Positions 29,647-39,609 of a DNA stretch of 64,000 nucleotides are shown one piece after another. The stretch covers positions 10,639 to 74,638 of the forward strand of contig JAFMIA010000002.1 of NCBI GenBank assembly GCA_017854255.1. Direction: 5' to 3'. The number at the start of each line of letters is the position of its first letter. Positions within the stretch are counted from its first letter, which is position 1. The notes under the pieces are model-generated. The model saw only the letters and a list, made by a program, of their open reading frames with translations. It was not told where the DNA came from and made no database searches. Origin of the DNA: Pseudomonadales bacterium (GTDB taxonomy: Bacteria > Pseudomonadota > Gammaproteobacteria > Pseudomonadales > Azotimanducaceae). A program made the position numbers and the translations under genes.

Positions 29647-30140
29647 CCCCTCGTTACGCCATTGTTGCCGCCCAGAGTCGCAACCAGGTTATTGGACGCG
29701 ATGCCGATATCCCTTGGACGGTAAAGGGTGAACAAGCACTCTTCAAGAAAATTACAATGAATGGGTGTCTGATCATGGGACGCCGCACCTTCGAATCGAT
29801 TGGCCGCCCCTTACCGGGTCGGTTAACCCTCATCGTGACGCGGCAGACGCAGTACGCCCAGCCCGGTTGCCGCGTTTTTCACAGTATTGAGTCGGCCTTA
29901 CAAGACGCACAGGAAACCGAGCGGCCCATTTTCGTGATCGGGGGTGGCGAGCTTTATGCCGCAACGCTCGCCAATGCCCGCCAAGTACACCTCACAACCA
30001 TCGATCTTGAGGTTGCTGGCAATGTCTTTTTCCCAGACTTTCCAACCCCCGCTTTTAAGCTCACCCATCGCGAGCATTTCGAAAGCAACCATCACTACAC
30101 GTATGAAATCTATGAACAACCGGCCTTGGAGACACTATGA
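29643..30140 (+). CDS. folA: Dihydrofolate reductase
   Basis: It has 'IVAAQSRNQVIGRDADIPW', 'LIMGRRTFESIG' and 'FVIGGGELY'. Its GTG start overlaps the argS stop (GTGA). Confidence 0.92.
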   Translation: MTPRYAIVAAQSRNQVIGRDADIPWTVKGEQALFKKITMNGCLIMGRRTFESIGRPLPGRLTLIVTRQTQYAQPGCRVFHSIESALQDAQETERPIFVIGGGELYAATLANARQVHLTTIDLEVAGNVFFPDFPTPAFKLTHREHFESNHHYTYEIYEQPALETL

Positions 30141-31072
30141 AATTTGATAACCGCGTCACCCAAATGCTGGGCGTTGAATACCCGATCGTACAAGCGCCCA
30201 TGGGCTGGATTGCGCGCTCCGCGCTCGCTTCCGCCGTCTCCAATGCCGGCGGCCTTGGCATCATTGAAACGAGTTCAGGCGAATTGGACGCCGTTAAAGC
30301 AGAAATTAAAAAAATGAAGTTGCTGACCCAGAAACCATTTGGGGTGAATATCGCTCAGGCCTTTGTTAAAGACCCCGATATCGCGCAGTTCGTGATTGAC
30401 CAAGGCGTCACGTTTGTAACGACCTCGGCGGGCAGTCCAACGCGTTATACCGATCAGCTCAAGCGTGCGGGATTGACGGTCTTTCACGTCGTGCCAACCC
30501 TCACTGCGGCGCTGAAAGCTGTGGCGGCAGGGGTTGATGGCTTGATCGTTGAAGGCGGTGAGGGCGGCGGCTTCAAAAGCCCTAATGAAGTTGCCTCAAT
30601 GGTGCTGTTACCGCTTGTGCGGTCAAAGGTTGACGTGCCCATCATTGCAGCCGGAGGCATGGTCGATGGCGGCACCATGGCGGCGGCGTTTGCCTTGGGC
30701 GCGGAAGGCATCCAAATGGGTACCCGTATGGTTTCAGCGCTAGAGTCCCCCGTACATCAAAACTGGAAGCAAGCGATTGTCGATGCACCCGAAACTGGCA
30801 CAGTCTTCCTCAACAAATTCCACTCACCAGCCCTTAGAGCCCTTAGAACCGAGCGAACATCGCGCCTTGAAGCCAATGCGGCTGACAACATCATGCCCGA
30901 ATTCGGCGATGCGCAAGCGCTCTATTTTGGCGGCGACATGGAGGCGGCAATCCCACTTTCGGGCCAGGTCGCGGGCCGAATTGAAAGCATTAAACCGGTA
31001 GCCGATATCCTTCACGAAACGCGAGATGAATTTTTCCGAATCCTTGAATCACTACAGCGTCAGTATCTCTAA
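30137..31072 (+). CDS. Nitronate monooxygenase / FabK-like FMN oxidoreductase
   Basis: It has 'YPIVQAPMGWIA', 'GLIVEGGEGGG' and 'PIIAAGGMVDG...GAEGIQMGTR'. It overlaps folA as ATGA. Confidence 0.85.
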   Translation: MKFDNRVTQMLGVEYPIVQAPMGWIARSALASAVSNAGGLGIIETSSGELDAVKAEIKKMKLLTQKPFGVNIAQAFVKDPDIAQFVIDQGVTFVTTSAGSPTRYTDQLKRAGLTVFHVVPTLTAALKAVAAGVDGLIVEGGEGGGFKSPNEVASMVLLPLVRSKVDVPIIAAGGMVDGGTMAAAFALGAEGIQMGTRMVSALESPVHQNWKQAIVDAPETGTVFLNKFHSPALRALRTERTSRLEANAADNIMPEFGDAQALYFGGDMEAAIPLSGQVAGRIESIKPVADILHETRDEFFRILESLQRQYL

Positions 31073-31076
31073 CATC

Positions 31077-31901
31077 ATGGGACGAAGCCTAGGCGCCTCG
31101 TCCGTGCTCATCCTTGGGATGTTTTGGCTGGTCGGGGCCCTTAGCGCGGCAGCGCCCGACTTCGACGCCGCAGCAGATGCCTATCGAGCAAATGATTTTG
31201 TGACCGCCCGCGCCGCATTTTTACAACGCGCGAATGCAGGCGACCAACGATCCATGGCCATCTTGGGCATGATGTCTCGATTTGGAGAAGGCGTCCCAGT
31301 TGACTTAACCGACGCTTTTAATTGGTATCTCGCGGCCGCGCAAGCAGGCCATCCGCCGGCGCAATTTCAGGTTGCGCGGATGCTCAACCTCGGCGAGGGC
31401 GTTGCAGCCGATGCACAACGCGCCCAGTATTGGTTTAATCAATCTGCGGAACAAGGCTATGCCAAGGCAATCGATCTGCTCACCCAGCAATCTCCCGAGG
31501 CGGTGATTGCAGCCCCGGTCGATGACGCGGTCGATGACGCGCTCACAGACCGCGTCAAAACCATCAGCCGAGTTTGGAACTTCCAATTACCCCCCACCTT
31601 TAAAACGACCGAAGTCCCCCTTCGAAAAAACCATCAGCTGCCCGTTGTACGCGTTCAACTCGGCGCCATGAAGACCAAAGATGCGGCCATTGATCTTTGG
31701 GCACTCATTCAAGATGAGCTCCCCAATTTAACCCTTAATGTGCCGTTTACCGTGAGCCACTACGCGGAGCCCGGTCAACAATCGATTTTTCGGTTGCGCG
31801 TTGGCGAATTCCAATCCACCGATGACGGTCAATTTTTCTGCCAGCAAGTCAAAAAGGTCAGTCGACGACCTTGTTGGGTGATAAACGATCCTTCACAATA
31901 G
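31077..31901 (+). CDS. Sel1-repeat plus SPOR domain (peptidoglycan-binding) protein
   Basis: It has a signal/anchor 'SSVLILGMFWLVGALSAAAP'. The Sel1 repeats are 'FGEGVPVDLTDAFNWYLAAAQAGHPPAQF..LGEGVAADAQRAQYWFNQSAEQGYAKA'. The C-terminal SPOR-like part is 'VRVQLGAMKTKDAA...FRLRVGEFQS'. Confidence 0.75.
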   Translation: MGRSLGASSVLILGMFWLVGALSAAAPDFDAAADAYRANDFVTARAAFLQRANAGDQRSMAILGMMSRFGEGVPVDLTDAFNWYLAAAQAGHPPAQFQVARMLNLGEGVAADAQRAQYWFNQSAEQGYAKAIDLLTQQSPEAVIAAPVDDAVDDALTDRVKTISRVWNFQLPPTFKTTEVPLRKNHQLPVVRVQLGAMKTKDAAIDLWALIQDELPNLTLNVPFTVSHYAEPGQQSIFRLRVGEFQSTDDGQFFCQQVKKVSRRPCWVINDPSQ

Positions 31902-33106
31902 GCCTTCGAGATTACCGAACCCTTAGACATCCCGTTCAGAAGGAGCCTCCCATCGACATTTCGTTTAGCCCAGAAGATCTAGCCTTCCAAAAAAAAGTAA
32001 GAGTTTTTATTGATCAACATGTACCACAAGGCATGGCGATGTGGACCCAACGTGGCGACTGGTTCAAGGCCTTGGCGGATCAAGGCGGTTGGGATATCCC
32101 GAAGTGGCCCAAGGATTTTGGCGGCCCCAATTTTACGCCGACCCAACGTTATATTTTCGACTTGGAAATGGGCAAGCAGCCGACGCCACCGCAACTGCCT
32201 TTCGGTGTGGGCATGCTCGCGCCGATTCTCATGAACTATGGCACCAAAGCCCAACAGGACCGGTTTTTGCCGGGCATCCGGGATGGCAGCGTCAATTGGT
32301 GTCAGGGCTATTCAGAACCCGGGGCTGGGTCTGATCTTGCAAACCTTAAGACCAAAGCTGAACTGAGTGCCGATGGCAGTCATTATCTGGTTAACGGCCA
32401 AAAAATTTGGACCACCCTTGCCCAAATCGCGCATTGGATATTTTGCCTGACCCGCACCAGCAGTGATGGCGCCAAGCAAGAGGGCATCACGTTCTTATTG
32501 ATTCCCATGGATGATCCTGGCGTTGAAGTTCGGCCGATTATCACCTTGGGCGGCAGCCATTCGGTCAACGAAGTCTATTTTACCGACGTCAAAGTTCCGG
32601 TCGAAAACCGAGTTGGCGAAGAAGGCAAAGGCTGGACCTATGCCAAGGGCTTGTTGGCACATGAACGCTCAGGGCTCGCGGGCATTCAAAACTCCGTGAT
32701 GGGCCTCGAAAAGGCGAAGCGAAATGCGCAAAAAGTCCGCGTTGGCGCGGGCACATTGCTCGACCTTTCTAGCTTTAAAAATAAAGTCGGTGTTTTAGAA
32801 GCAGAGCTGCTGGCGCTGGAGTTTACCGAGATGCGGACCCTTGCGCGGGTTGCCGCTGGCGGCGACCCAGGACCTGAGTCCGCCATCTTGAAACTCAAAG
32901 GCACAGAAATTCAGCAACGCATCACCGAGTTAAACCTGGAAGCGGCAGGGGTCTTTGCAGCGCCCTGGGGCGCAGAGGCCTTCGGACCCGAATTCGCTCA
33001 TGGCGCCACCCAATCTTACCTCGGCGGCCGCGCGACCACGATCTACGGTGGCGCCAGCGAAGTCCAAAAAGACGTCATTGCAAAAAATGTATTGGGATTG
33101 AGTTAA
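31871..33106 (+). CDS. Acyl-CoA dehydrogenase family protein (large subunit of an adjacent pair)
   Basis: It is a paralogue of the 19878 gene ('WCQGYSEPGAGSDLANL', 'VNGQKIWTT', 'TIYGGASEVQKDVIAKNVLGL'). The only canonical starts are TTG 31871 and 31874, inside the upstream gene. The SD AGGAG at 31941-31945 instead points at ATC 31952. Confidence 0.85.
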   Translation: MLGDKRSFTIGLRDYRTLRHPVQKEPPIDISFSPEDLAFQKKVRVFIDQHVPQGMAMWTQRGDWFKALADQGGWDIPKWPKDFGGPNFTPTQRYIFDLEMGKQPTPPQLPFGVGMLAPILMNYGTKAQQDRFLPGIRDGSVNWCQGYSEPGAGSDLANLKTKAELSADGSHYLVNGQKIWTTLAQIAHWIFCLTRTSSDGAKQEGITFLLIPMDDPGVEVRPIITLGGSHSVNEVYFTDVKVPVENRVGEEGKGWTYAKGLLAHERSGLAGIQNSVMGLEKAKRNAQKVRVGAGTLLDLSSFKNKVGVLEAELLALEFTEMRTLARVAAGGDPGPESAILKLKGTEIQQRITELNLEAAGVFAAPWGAEAFGPEFAHGATQSYLGGRATTIYGGASEVQKDVIAKNVLGLS

Positions 33107-33115
33107 GGATTAATC

Positions 33116-34240
33116 ATGGATCTTGCCTACACCACCGAACAAGACATGCTCGCTGAGAGCATCCAACGCTTTATTGCCACCGAGTACGATCTAACGACAC
33201 GCAAAAACTTGGTTGCCTCAGACTTGGGCTACAGCACGCAGCACTGGCAAACATTTGCTGAGTTAGGCTGGCTCGGAATGTCCATCCCCGAAGCCTATGG
33301 CGGGCTCGGGGGTGATTTGGTCGACACCATGATTATGTTTGAAGAATTTGGCAAAGGCCTGGTTCTCGAGCCAACGCTTTCGAGCCTCGTACTGTTTGCA
33401 GGGGCCTTAGAACTTGCGGGTAGCGACGAACACAAGCATCACTATTTGCCCGCGTTGGGCGCTGGGGATTTAACCGGCTGCCTCGCCTATGTCGAGGCCG
33501 ATGAGCCCACCAATTTCAACTTTGTCGCAACAACCGCCCTCAAAACTGGGGATCACTATCAACTCAATGGCACAAAATCGGTCGTGCTGAATGCGGCCTC
33601 CGCAGACGTCATTCTCGTCTCTGCCAGAACCGAGGGTCAAGCCACAGACCCACGCGGCATCTCGTTGTTTTTAGTGCCCGGCGATAGCGAAGGTCTCTTG
33701 CGAAAAGACTATCCAACTGTCGATGGGCTGAGGGCCTCCGAGGTGCTACTCGAAAACGTCCGAGTCCCGGCATCCGCCCTTGTGGGCGCAGAGGGCGCGG
33801 CCTCGCAAACTTTAAACACGGTTATCAATCGCGGCATTCTGGCAATTTCAGCCGAAGCCGTTGGCGCCATGGCCGTTTTGTATCAAAGCACCATCGATTA
33901 CACCAAACAACGGGTGCAGTTCGATCATCCCCTATCCGAGTTTCAAGTCGTAAAACACCGGCTCACCGAGATGTTCATAGAATACAACCTGGCAAAGTCG
34001 CTGTGCATGAAAGCGACCATGCTCCTGAATCAGAACTCCGGCGACGCACAACGCCACATCCATGCTCTGAAGTTTCTGATCGGCAAAACCTCACGCTTTG
34101 TCGGTCAAAATGCCGTTCAGCTCCACGGTGGTATGGGGATGACAGAAGATCTGGCCATTGCCCACTATTTCAAACGCCTGATGATGATCGATGCGACCTT
34201 TGGGCACACGGACATTCATTTAGATGCCTTTGTCCAATAG
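33116..34240 (+). CDS. Acyl-CoA dehydrogenase family protein (small subunit or partner)
   Basis: 374 aa with the ACAD fold: 'LGWLGMSIPEAYGGLGG', 'LNGTKSVVLNA' and 'VQLHGGMGMTEDLAIAHYFKRL'. It lies 9 nt after the previous ACAD. Confidence 0.85.
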   Translation: MDLAYTTEQDMLAESIQRFIATEYDLTTRKNLVASDLGYSTQHWQTFAELGWLGMSIPEAYGGLGGDLVDTMIMFEEFGKGLVLEPTLSSLVLFAGALELAGSDEHKHHYLPALGAGDLTGCLAYVEADEPTNFNFVATTALKTGDHYQLNGTKSVVLNAASADVILVSARTEGQATDPRGISLFLVPGDSEGLLRKDYPTVDGLRASEVLLENVRVPASALVGAEGAASQTLNTVINRGILAISAEAVGAMAVLYQSTIDYTKQRVQFDHPLSEFQVVKHRLTEMFIEYNLAKSLCMKATMLLNQNSGDAQRHIHALKFLIGKTSRFVGQNAVQLHGGMGMTEDLAIAHYFKRLMMIDATFGHTDIHLDAFVQ

Positions 34241-34262
34241 AGCTCTTCATTAAGGGGGCATC

Positions 34263-34793
34263 ATGGGCAATGCCCGGGTCCAAGAGGATTTGTTAGAGCG
34301 CCTGTTTATAACGCCTGGGGATCTGGCTCGGTATCCAGCGCCGAAACAAGTCGAGGCGCCGCCCCATCAACTCGCGGTGCTTGGCGAGACAAAAGCGGGT
34401 CGCGTTCTGCACGCGACATCGGCCACCGTTAAGCATTGGGCGGACATGCGCCGCGCCGCCCAGCAAGACGGCATTCATCTCGAGGTGTTATCGGCCTTCC
34501 GATCCATAGACTATCAGCGCCAGCTGATCGCGCGAAAACTCGATCGCGGTGACCCGCCAAATCAAATTCTCCAAGTTGTGGCGCTGCCGGGCTACAGTGA
34601 ACACCACACGGGCCGCGCCCTGGACATTGTGACCATAGACTACCCTGAATTGACTGAGGACTTTGAGCTCAGCGATGGGTTTGCCTGGCTATCGCACTCA
34701 GCGCACCAATTCGGCTTTTCCCTGAGCTATCCCCGAGATAACCCTTGGGGCTTTATCTATGAGCCATGGCACTGGTGTTTCAAACCGGCTTAA
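34263..34793 (+). CDS. M15-family D-alanyl-D-alanine carboxypeptidase (VanY-like)
   Basis: It has 'SAFRSIDYQRQL', 'PGYSEHHTGRALDI' and 'EPWHW', which are the zinc ligand motifs of M15B peptidases. Confidence 0.8.
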   Translation: MGNARVQEDLLERLFITPGDLARYPAPKQVEAPPHQLAVLGETKAGRVLHATSATVKHWADMRRAAQQDGIHLEVLSAFRSIDYQRQLIARKLDRGDPPNQILQVVALPGYSEHHTGRALDIVTIDYPELTEDFELSDGFAWLSHSAHQFGFSLSYPRDNPWGFIYEPWHWCFKPA

Positions 34794-35628
34794 GCGGTTT
34801 GGGGTCAGTCGCAGGCGTGGCACCATAGGCTTTCATCTTCTGCTGCAGCAACGCCTCATCCGCACTCGAGCGCGCCGGGCCTTGAACGGCTTTTTCTTGT
34901 ACGGCAAAAACATACTTTTCCCGAATGACAGACCGCGGACCAAAGTGCTGCGCTCGAAGCAACGCATAAACATCATCGACCATTTTGGGATTACCGCAAA
35001 CCAAGACATGATCTGATTTCGGATCAAGCGCAAGCTGAGCGAGCCCACTTGTCACATAGCCCGGATGCTGCCAATCCATGGAAGCGTCTTGCGAGCGAGA
35101 GCAGTGGACCGTTAATTTGAACCAAGACGCATCCGAGCGAAGCCGCAATAAGGCTTCTTGAAAAAGCACTTCCGTTGGGTCTCGGACACCAAACAAAAGA
35201 TGCACCGAATCAAATCGCTGATGTTCACCCGCCTCAAGGCTTTGCAACATCGGTAAAAAAGGAGCAACCCCTACGCTCGTTGCAACCAACACCAAGCAGC
35301 GCTTGTCGTCCGCCGGCAGAATCAAACGGCCAAACGGGCCCTTCAGCTGAACCGTGAGACCTAACGCTGCGTTGAACAACAGATCGGTTGCTCGGCCCCC
35401 GGCAACTGCCGAAATGACTAATTCGAATTGACTCATTGGCAACTTTGGATCGAACTGACTGAAGCTGTAACTGCGCTCGAATGGACCCGTGGCATCGGTA
35501 AAGGTGAATCGGTAAAACTGACCCGCAATAAACGGCAGGTGCTCGCCGCCGGTTTCAAATCGAAACAAACGGGTTGAGGCCGACAAGGATTCGACAGCGA
35601 TGAGGGATGCGGTATGGCTCGTTTCCAA
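34780..35628 (-). CDS. Ferredoxin-NADP reductase-like FAD/NAD(P)-binding oxidoreductase
   Basis: It has 'FIAGQFYRFTF...RSYSFS' (RxYS FAD motif) and 'LVATSVGVAPFLPML' (NAD(P) motif). The basic C-terminal tail is not conserved. Its 3' end overlaps the convergent M15 gene by 14 nt. Confidence 0.75.
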   Translation of the reverse strand: METSHTASLIAVESLSASTRLFRFETGGEHLPFIAGQFYRFTFTDATGPFERSYSFSQFDPKLPMSQFELVISAVAGGRATDLLFNAALGLTVQLKGPFGRLILPADDKRCLVLVATSVGVAPFLPMLQSLEAGEHQRFDSVHLLFGVRDPTEVLFQEALLRLRSDASWFKLTVHCSRSQDASMDWQHPGYVTSGLAQLALDPKSDHVLVCGNPKMVDDVYALLRAQHFGPRSVIREKYVFAVQEKAVQGPARSSADEALLQQKMKAYGATPATDPKPLKPV

Positions 35629-35696
35629 AACAATTCCTTTTTCAGCGCTCCATTATGCCATGTCAGTGGGCGCATCTCCTTGTTAAGCTTCACGGA

Positions 35697-36947
35697 ATGA
35701 CACATCAAACGCGCACGAATAGGAACATTGCCATCATTGGCGCCGGCGCCGCGGGTCTTGCCGCGGCTTCGGTTTTGCAGCGCACCCAGTCCGTTACCCT
35801 CTTTGAACAGCACTCAGTTGTCGGCGGCCTATGGCGCACCAATGACAACTTCAAGCACACAGCACTGTATCCCAGCCTGCGCAGCAACCTACCGGCAGGC
35901 TTAATGGCCTTTTTGGATTTTCCATTTCAGCGCCAGCTCATTCCCGAGCATGAGGGCGACTATCCTGGACCCGCCGCCGTCGCGGCTTATCTTCAGGCCT
36001 ACGCAGGCCATCATCAGCTCATACCCAAAATTCAGTTCAATGCCGAAGTCACGCGGGTTTCGCCAATCAACGACACCCAATGGCTCATCGAACTCGCAGA
36101 CAGGCCCGCACAAATTTTCGATGCCGTGGTCGTCTGCAATGGTCACTATACCCAGCCCAACCGACCCCTTATCGAGGGCTCGACAGAATCTGGATTGAGC
36201 GTCTTACATGCAAAGGACTACATCAATCCCGATCCATTCCGAGATCAACAGGTTTTAGTGTGGGGCAGCAAGGCCTCTGGCATGGATCTCGTTCGAGAAA
36301 TTAGCACAACGGCCAAGCAGGTTTATTGGTGTGGTCATGACCTAGGAATGGATGCCTTGGTGCAGGATAAAAGCAATGTTTCAATTCATGCCGATCCAAC
36401 CAAACTCAACCGAGACGCTATTGAACTCGCCGACGGAGAACGCCTGACCGGCGTCGATCAGGTGCTGCTCTGCACGGGGTATCAATACCAGTTCCCCTTT
36501 CTGGACGAGGCGTTAATCACGATCGACGACAATCTCGTTCACGGTCTTCATCAGCACATCCTGCTGGCCAAACGGCCAACACTGGCCTTCATCGGCCTGC
36601 CCTATTTGGTGATCCCCTTTCCGTTGTTTTTGATTCAGAGCCAATGGCTAAACGCCGTCTTAACAGGCCAGCTCCAATTGCCTGACGCGCCGCAATTGAT
36701 CGCGCTCAGCGACGCGGAAGTTGCACAGCATCTTGCCAAACCCGGTGAGCCCAGACACTTTCACCGTTTGGGCGCGGACCAGCTTGCTTACCTTGTCCAT
36801 TTAATTGAGTCGGCGGCGCTTGCGCCCTTACCTGACATTTTCTTAGCGCGTTTAAAGGCCGTTCACGAGATCAAGCTGGCCCACCCACAAGATTTCAGGG
36901 CGATCGAACTCCCTAGTCAGACGTTCCGCGATCCACCGCCTGCATGA
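35697..36947 (+). CDS. Flavin-containing monooxygenase (class B FMO-like)
   Basis: It has 'IAIIGAGAAGLAAA' (FAD GxGxxG), 'LYPSLRSNLPAGLMAFLDFPF', 'VVVCNGHYTQP' and 'VLVWGSKASGMDL' (second dinucleotide motif). The start was moved to ATG 35697. Confidence 0.8.
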   Translation: MTHQTRTNRNIAIIGAGAAGLAAASVLQRTQSVTLFEQHSVVGGLWRTNDNFKHTALYPSLRSNLPAGLMAFLDFPFQRQLIPEHEGDYPGPAAVAAYLQAYAGHHQLIPKIQFNAEVTRVSPINDTQWLIELADRPAQIFDAVVVCNGHYTQPNRPLIEGSTESGLSVLHAKDYINPDPFRDQQVLVWGSKASGMDLVREISTTAKQVYWCGHDLGMDALVQDKSNVSIHADPTKLNRDAIELADGERLTGVDQVLLCTGYQYQFPFLDEALITIDDNLVHGLHQHILLAKRPTLAFIGLPYLVIPFPLFLIQSQWLNAVLTGQLQLPDAPQLIALSDAEVAQHLAKPGEPRHFHRLGADQLAYLVHLIESAALAPLPDIFLARLKAVHEIKLAHPQDFRAIELPSQTFRDPPPA

Positions 36948-37566
36948 AGTCAATGTTACGTGAGGGCCCATCCGGCAAGGGCACTTCAACCAAGCGCTCA
37001 TCGACGTCATCATATTCGAGTCGTAGCGCACGACACATCGTGGCATGCATCTCGTAGGTACACGTGATGTAGGTCAGCTCAAGAATTGCCTCGTCACTCA
37101 ATTCGGCTTTTAGTGCGGCAAAGGTTGTGTCCGGCACCCGACCACCGGACAGCACTAAATCATCAGTATAAGCCAACACGGCCCGCTCCAAGGGCGAGAA
37201 ACAGTCACTCGATGCCCAGCCTGGAATGGCCGCAATTTGGGACTCGGAAAAGCCCGCACCGCGTAAGGCTTTACAGTGCTGAGAGAACACAAACAAGCTG
37301 CCCCGGGCATAACCGGCTCGGGCTTGACCCAACTCACGCAGCTTTGCACTAATCTTACGTGACTTACCTCGATAAAATTGAAAGCCTGCCACCGCATGCC
37401 GAAAACACGCTGGCACCAAGGCGAACACAGTCCACCAGTTCCCAGGTGTCCCAGTCGCCGTGCCCGGTTGCGTGATCGGGTCAACCCCTTCACCAAACAC
37501 TGCGTCAAAGACCTGCTGGATATCCTGCTCGGGGGTTTCCCGTCCTACTTGTGCGAGCCGTGGCAT
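36913..37566 (-). CDS. Carboxymuconolactone decarboxylase (AhpD-like) family protein
   Basis: 'LRELGQARAGYARGSLFVFSQHCKALRGAGFSESQIAAI...LERAVLAYTDDLV' fits the CMD family pattern. Its 3' end overlaps the convergent FMO gene by 35 nt. Confidence 0.65.
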   Translation of the reverse strand: MPRLAQVGRETPEQDIQQVFDAVFGEGVDPITQPGTATGTPGNWWTVFALVPACFRHAVAGFQFYRGKSRKISAKLRELGQARAGYARGSLFVFSQHCKALRGAGFSESQIAAIPGWASSDCFSPLERAVLAYTDDLVLSGGRVPDTTFAALKAELSDEAILELTYITCTYEMHATMCRALRLEYDDVDERLVEVPLPDGPSRNIDFMQAVDRGTSD

Positions 37567-37583
37567 AAAGCCTCCTTTTTAGA

Positions 37584-38780
37584 TTGGATTACCTTAAACT
37601 TGACCTAGATCATAACGGTAAACGAACCCATTTGACTGCCCCGATCACAGGTTACACTGACCCACAATTCACGCCCGTTCGAGATGCCTTCGCCGCACTC
37701 TGGGATGGGCCCGAGGTTGGCGCAAGCCTATGCATTTATGTGCAAGATCAAAAAGTGGTCCATCTGTGGGGCGGCTTTGCAGATCTTGCCCAAACCCGGC
37801 CCTGGACCCCCGACACCCTGGTGAACGTTTACTCAACCACCAAAGGGATCGTGGCGTTAGCCCTGGCGCACCTTGCAGGCACCGGCGCGTTCAATTACCA
37901 AGACCCGGTCAGCCAATATTGGCCAGCGTTTGCAGCCCATGACAAAGGGGCCATCACCATTAACGAACTGTTGTCTCATCAAGCCGGACTATGCGCCTTT
38001 GAGCAGGATCTATTGGTTGCGGACCTGTATGACTGGAACGCCATCGTTGCCAGCTTGGCCCGCGCCAAACCCGCGTGGGCGCCAGGCCATGGTGCCGGCT
38101 ATCATTCGATTTCATGGGGTTTTTTAGCGGGCGCCCTCTGCCGCAACCTAACCGGCCAAACGCTTGGCGAGTATATTCAAACCCATCTCTGCACGCTTAC
38201 TGGGGCTGATTTTCATTTAGGGCTCGACCCCAAGGCGCATCGCCGCTGCGCGGATCTAATTGGGCCCAATCGTGCGCGCAACCAGCGCGCTGATCTCGCG
38301 CCAGTCAGACAACCCGCTCGCGCCGTCCCCCGTTCAGACCTCGCCATTAGAACCCAGGAAAACCCCATCATTCGGCCGTATCAAGATGCCTGTTCCAGCG
38401 CCTGGCGCCAAGCCGAAATCCCGGCCTCAAATGGCCATGCCACGGCAGAAGGTCTCGCCAAGCTCTACCAAGGCGCCCTGAACAAAACGCTCATAGCAGA
38501 GGAGACCCGACAGCAAGCTTGCATTCGGACGGTGTCCAATCAACCCGATCTCATCTTGAACCAGTTCATTGAGCGCAGTCAGGGCGGCTTCATTCTGAAC
38601 CCAGACGCGGGATTCGGGCCGAATCAATTGGCTTTTGGGCACAATGGCGCGGGGGGCTCCTCAGCTTTTGCAGACCCAGAAGCTCAGGTTGCCTTTGCCT
38701 ATGTTATGAATCAGATGCAGCCTGAAGGAACCCAACCCCGGGCACCAAAGCTCGCCGAGGTGTTCTTCAGTTGTTTATAA
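37584..38780 (+). CDS. Serine hydrolase, beta-lactamase class C / EstB-like esterase family
   Basis: It has 'VYSTTKGIVALALAHL' (SxxK nucleophile motif) and 'GHNGAGGS' near the C-terminus. The start is uncertain, either TTG 37584 or TTG 37632. Confidence 0.8.
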   Translation: MDYLKLDLDHNGKRTHLTAPITGYTDPQFTPVRDAFAALWDGPEVGASLCIYVQDQKVVHLWGGFADLAQTRPWTPDTLVNVYSTTKGIVALALAHLAGTGAFNYQDPVSQYWPAFAAHDKGAITINELLSHQAGLCAFEQDLLVADLYDWNAIVASLARAKPAWAPGHGAGYHSISWGFLAGALCRNLTGQTLGEYIQTHLCTLTGADFHLGLDPKAHRRCADLIGPNRARNQRADLAPVRQPARAVPRSDLAIRTQENPIIRPYQDACSSAWRQAEIPASNGHATAEGLAKLYQGALNKTLIAEETRQQACIRTVSNQPDLILNQFIERSQGGFILNPDAGFGPNQLAFGHNGAGGSSAFADPEAQVAFAYVMNQMQPEGTQPRAPKLAEVFFSCL

Positions 38781-38867
38781 TAAGCCGTCAAGTCAATGCG
38801 ACTTAGCAACAACGCGGCGCTGTCGTCGTGCAAAACACCATTTCATCTCAGAGCCGAGGAGTGATTT

Positions 38868-39521
38868 GTGCGCAACCCATTAATTGCAGAAGCAATCGGG
38901 ACTTTTTTCCTACTGGCAACGGTTGTTGGCTCGGGCGTCATGGCGGAATCCTTAGCAGGCGGAAACGATGCGATTGCCCTGCTCGGCAACACGCTGGCAA
39001 CCGGCGCCATTTTGGTTGTTCTGATCACCGCCCTTGGTCCGATCTCCGGCGCCCATTTTAATCCTGCGGTAACCCTCTCAATGCTCCTGCTCAAGAGAAT
39101 CACCCAGCTTGAGGCATTCTGTTATATCTGCGTTCAAATTATTGCCGGGATGCTAGGGGTATTCGCGGCGCACTTTATGTTTGACCTGGATTTACTCCAA
39201 TTCTCAGAACGATCTAGAACCGGGCCACCGCAATGGTTCTCTGAGGGCCTTGCGACCTTTGGCCTCGTCATGACCATTATCGCAACCGGTCGATTCAGAC
39301 CCGACTTTGTTGCCACCGCAGTGGGGCTTTACATCACGGCGGCCTATTGGTTTACCGCCTCAACCTCCTTTGCAAACCCGGCGGTGACCTTAGCGCGGAG
39401 CCTGACCAACACCTTTAGCGGCATTCAACCCGATCACGCGGGGATGTTTATTGTGATGCAATTGCTCGGCGCGCTACTGGCCACCGTGTTTATGCGCAGC
39501 TTAATTAAGGATCACCAGTAG
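38868..39521 (+). CDS. MIP/aquaporin-family channel
   Basis: It has two NPA boxes, 'HFNPAVTL' and 'FANPAVTLAR', and six TM helices. The GTG start follows GAGGAG. Confidence 0.85.
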   Translation: MRNPLIAEAIGTFFLLATVVGSGVMAESLAGGNDAIALLGNTLATGAILVVLITALGPISGAHFNPAVTLSMLLLKRITQLEAFCYICVQIIAGMLGVFAAHFMFDLDLLQFSERSRTGPPQWFSEGLATFGLVMTIIATGRFRPDFVATAVGLYITAAYWFTASTSFANPAVTLARSLTNTFSGIQPDHAGMFIVMQLLGALLATVFMRSLIKDHQ

Positions 39522-39609
39522 CCTACTATCCAGCCAATCCACTTGCAGAAGCGGGCGTCGCCGGTCAACATAGCGCCCGTTGCAAATTTATTCATCCGAT
39601 AAGTTCCAA

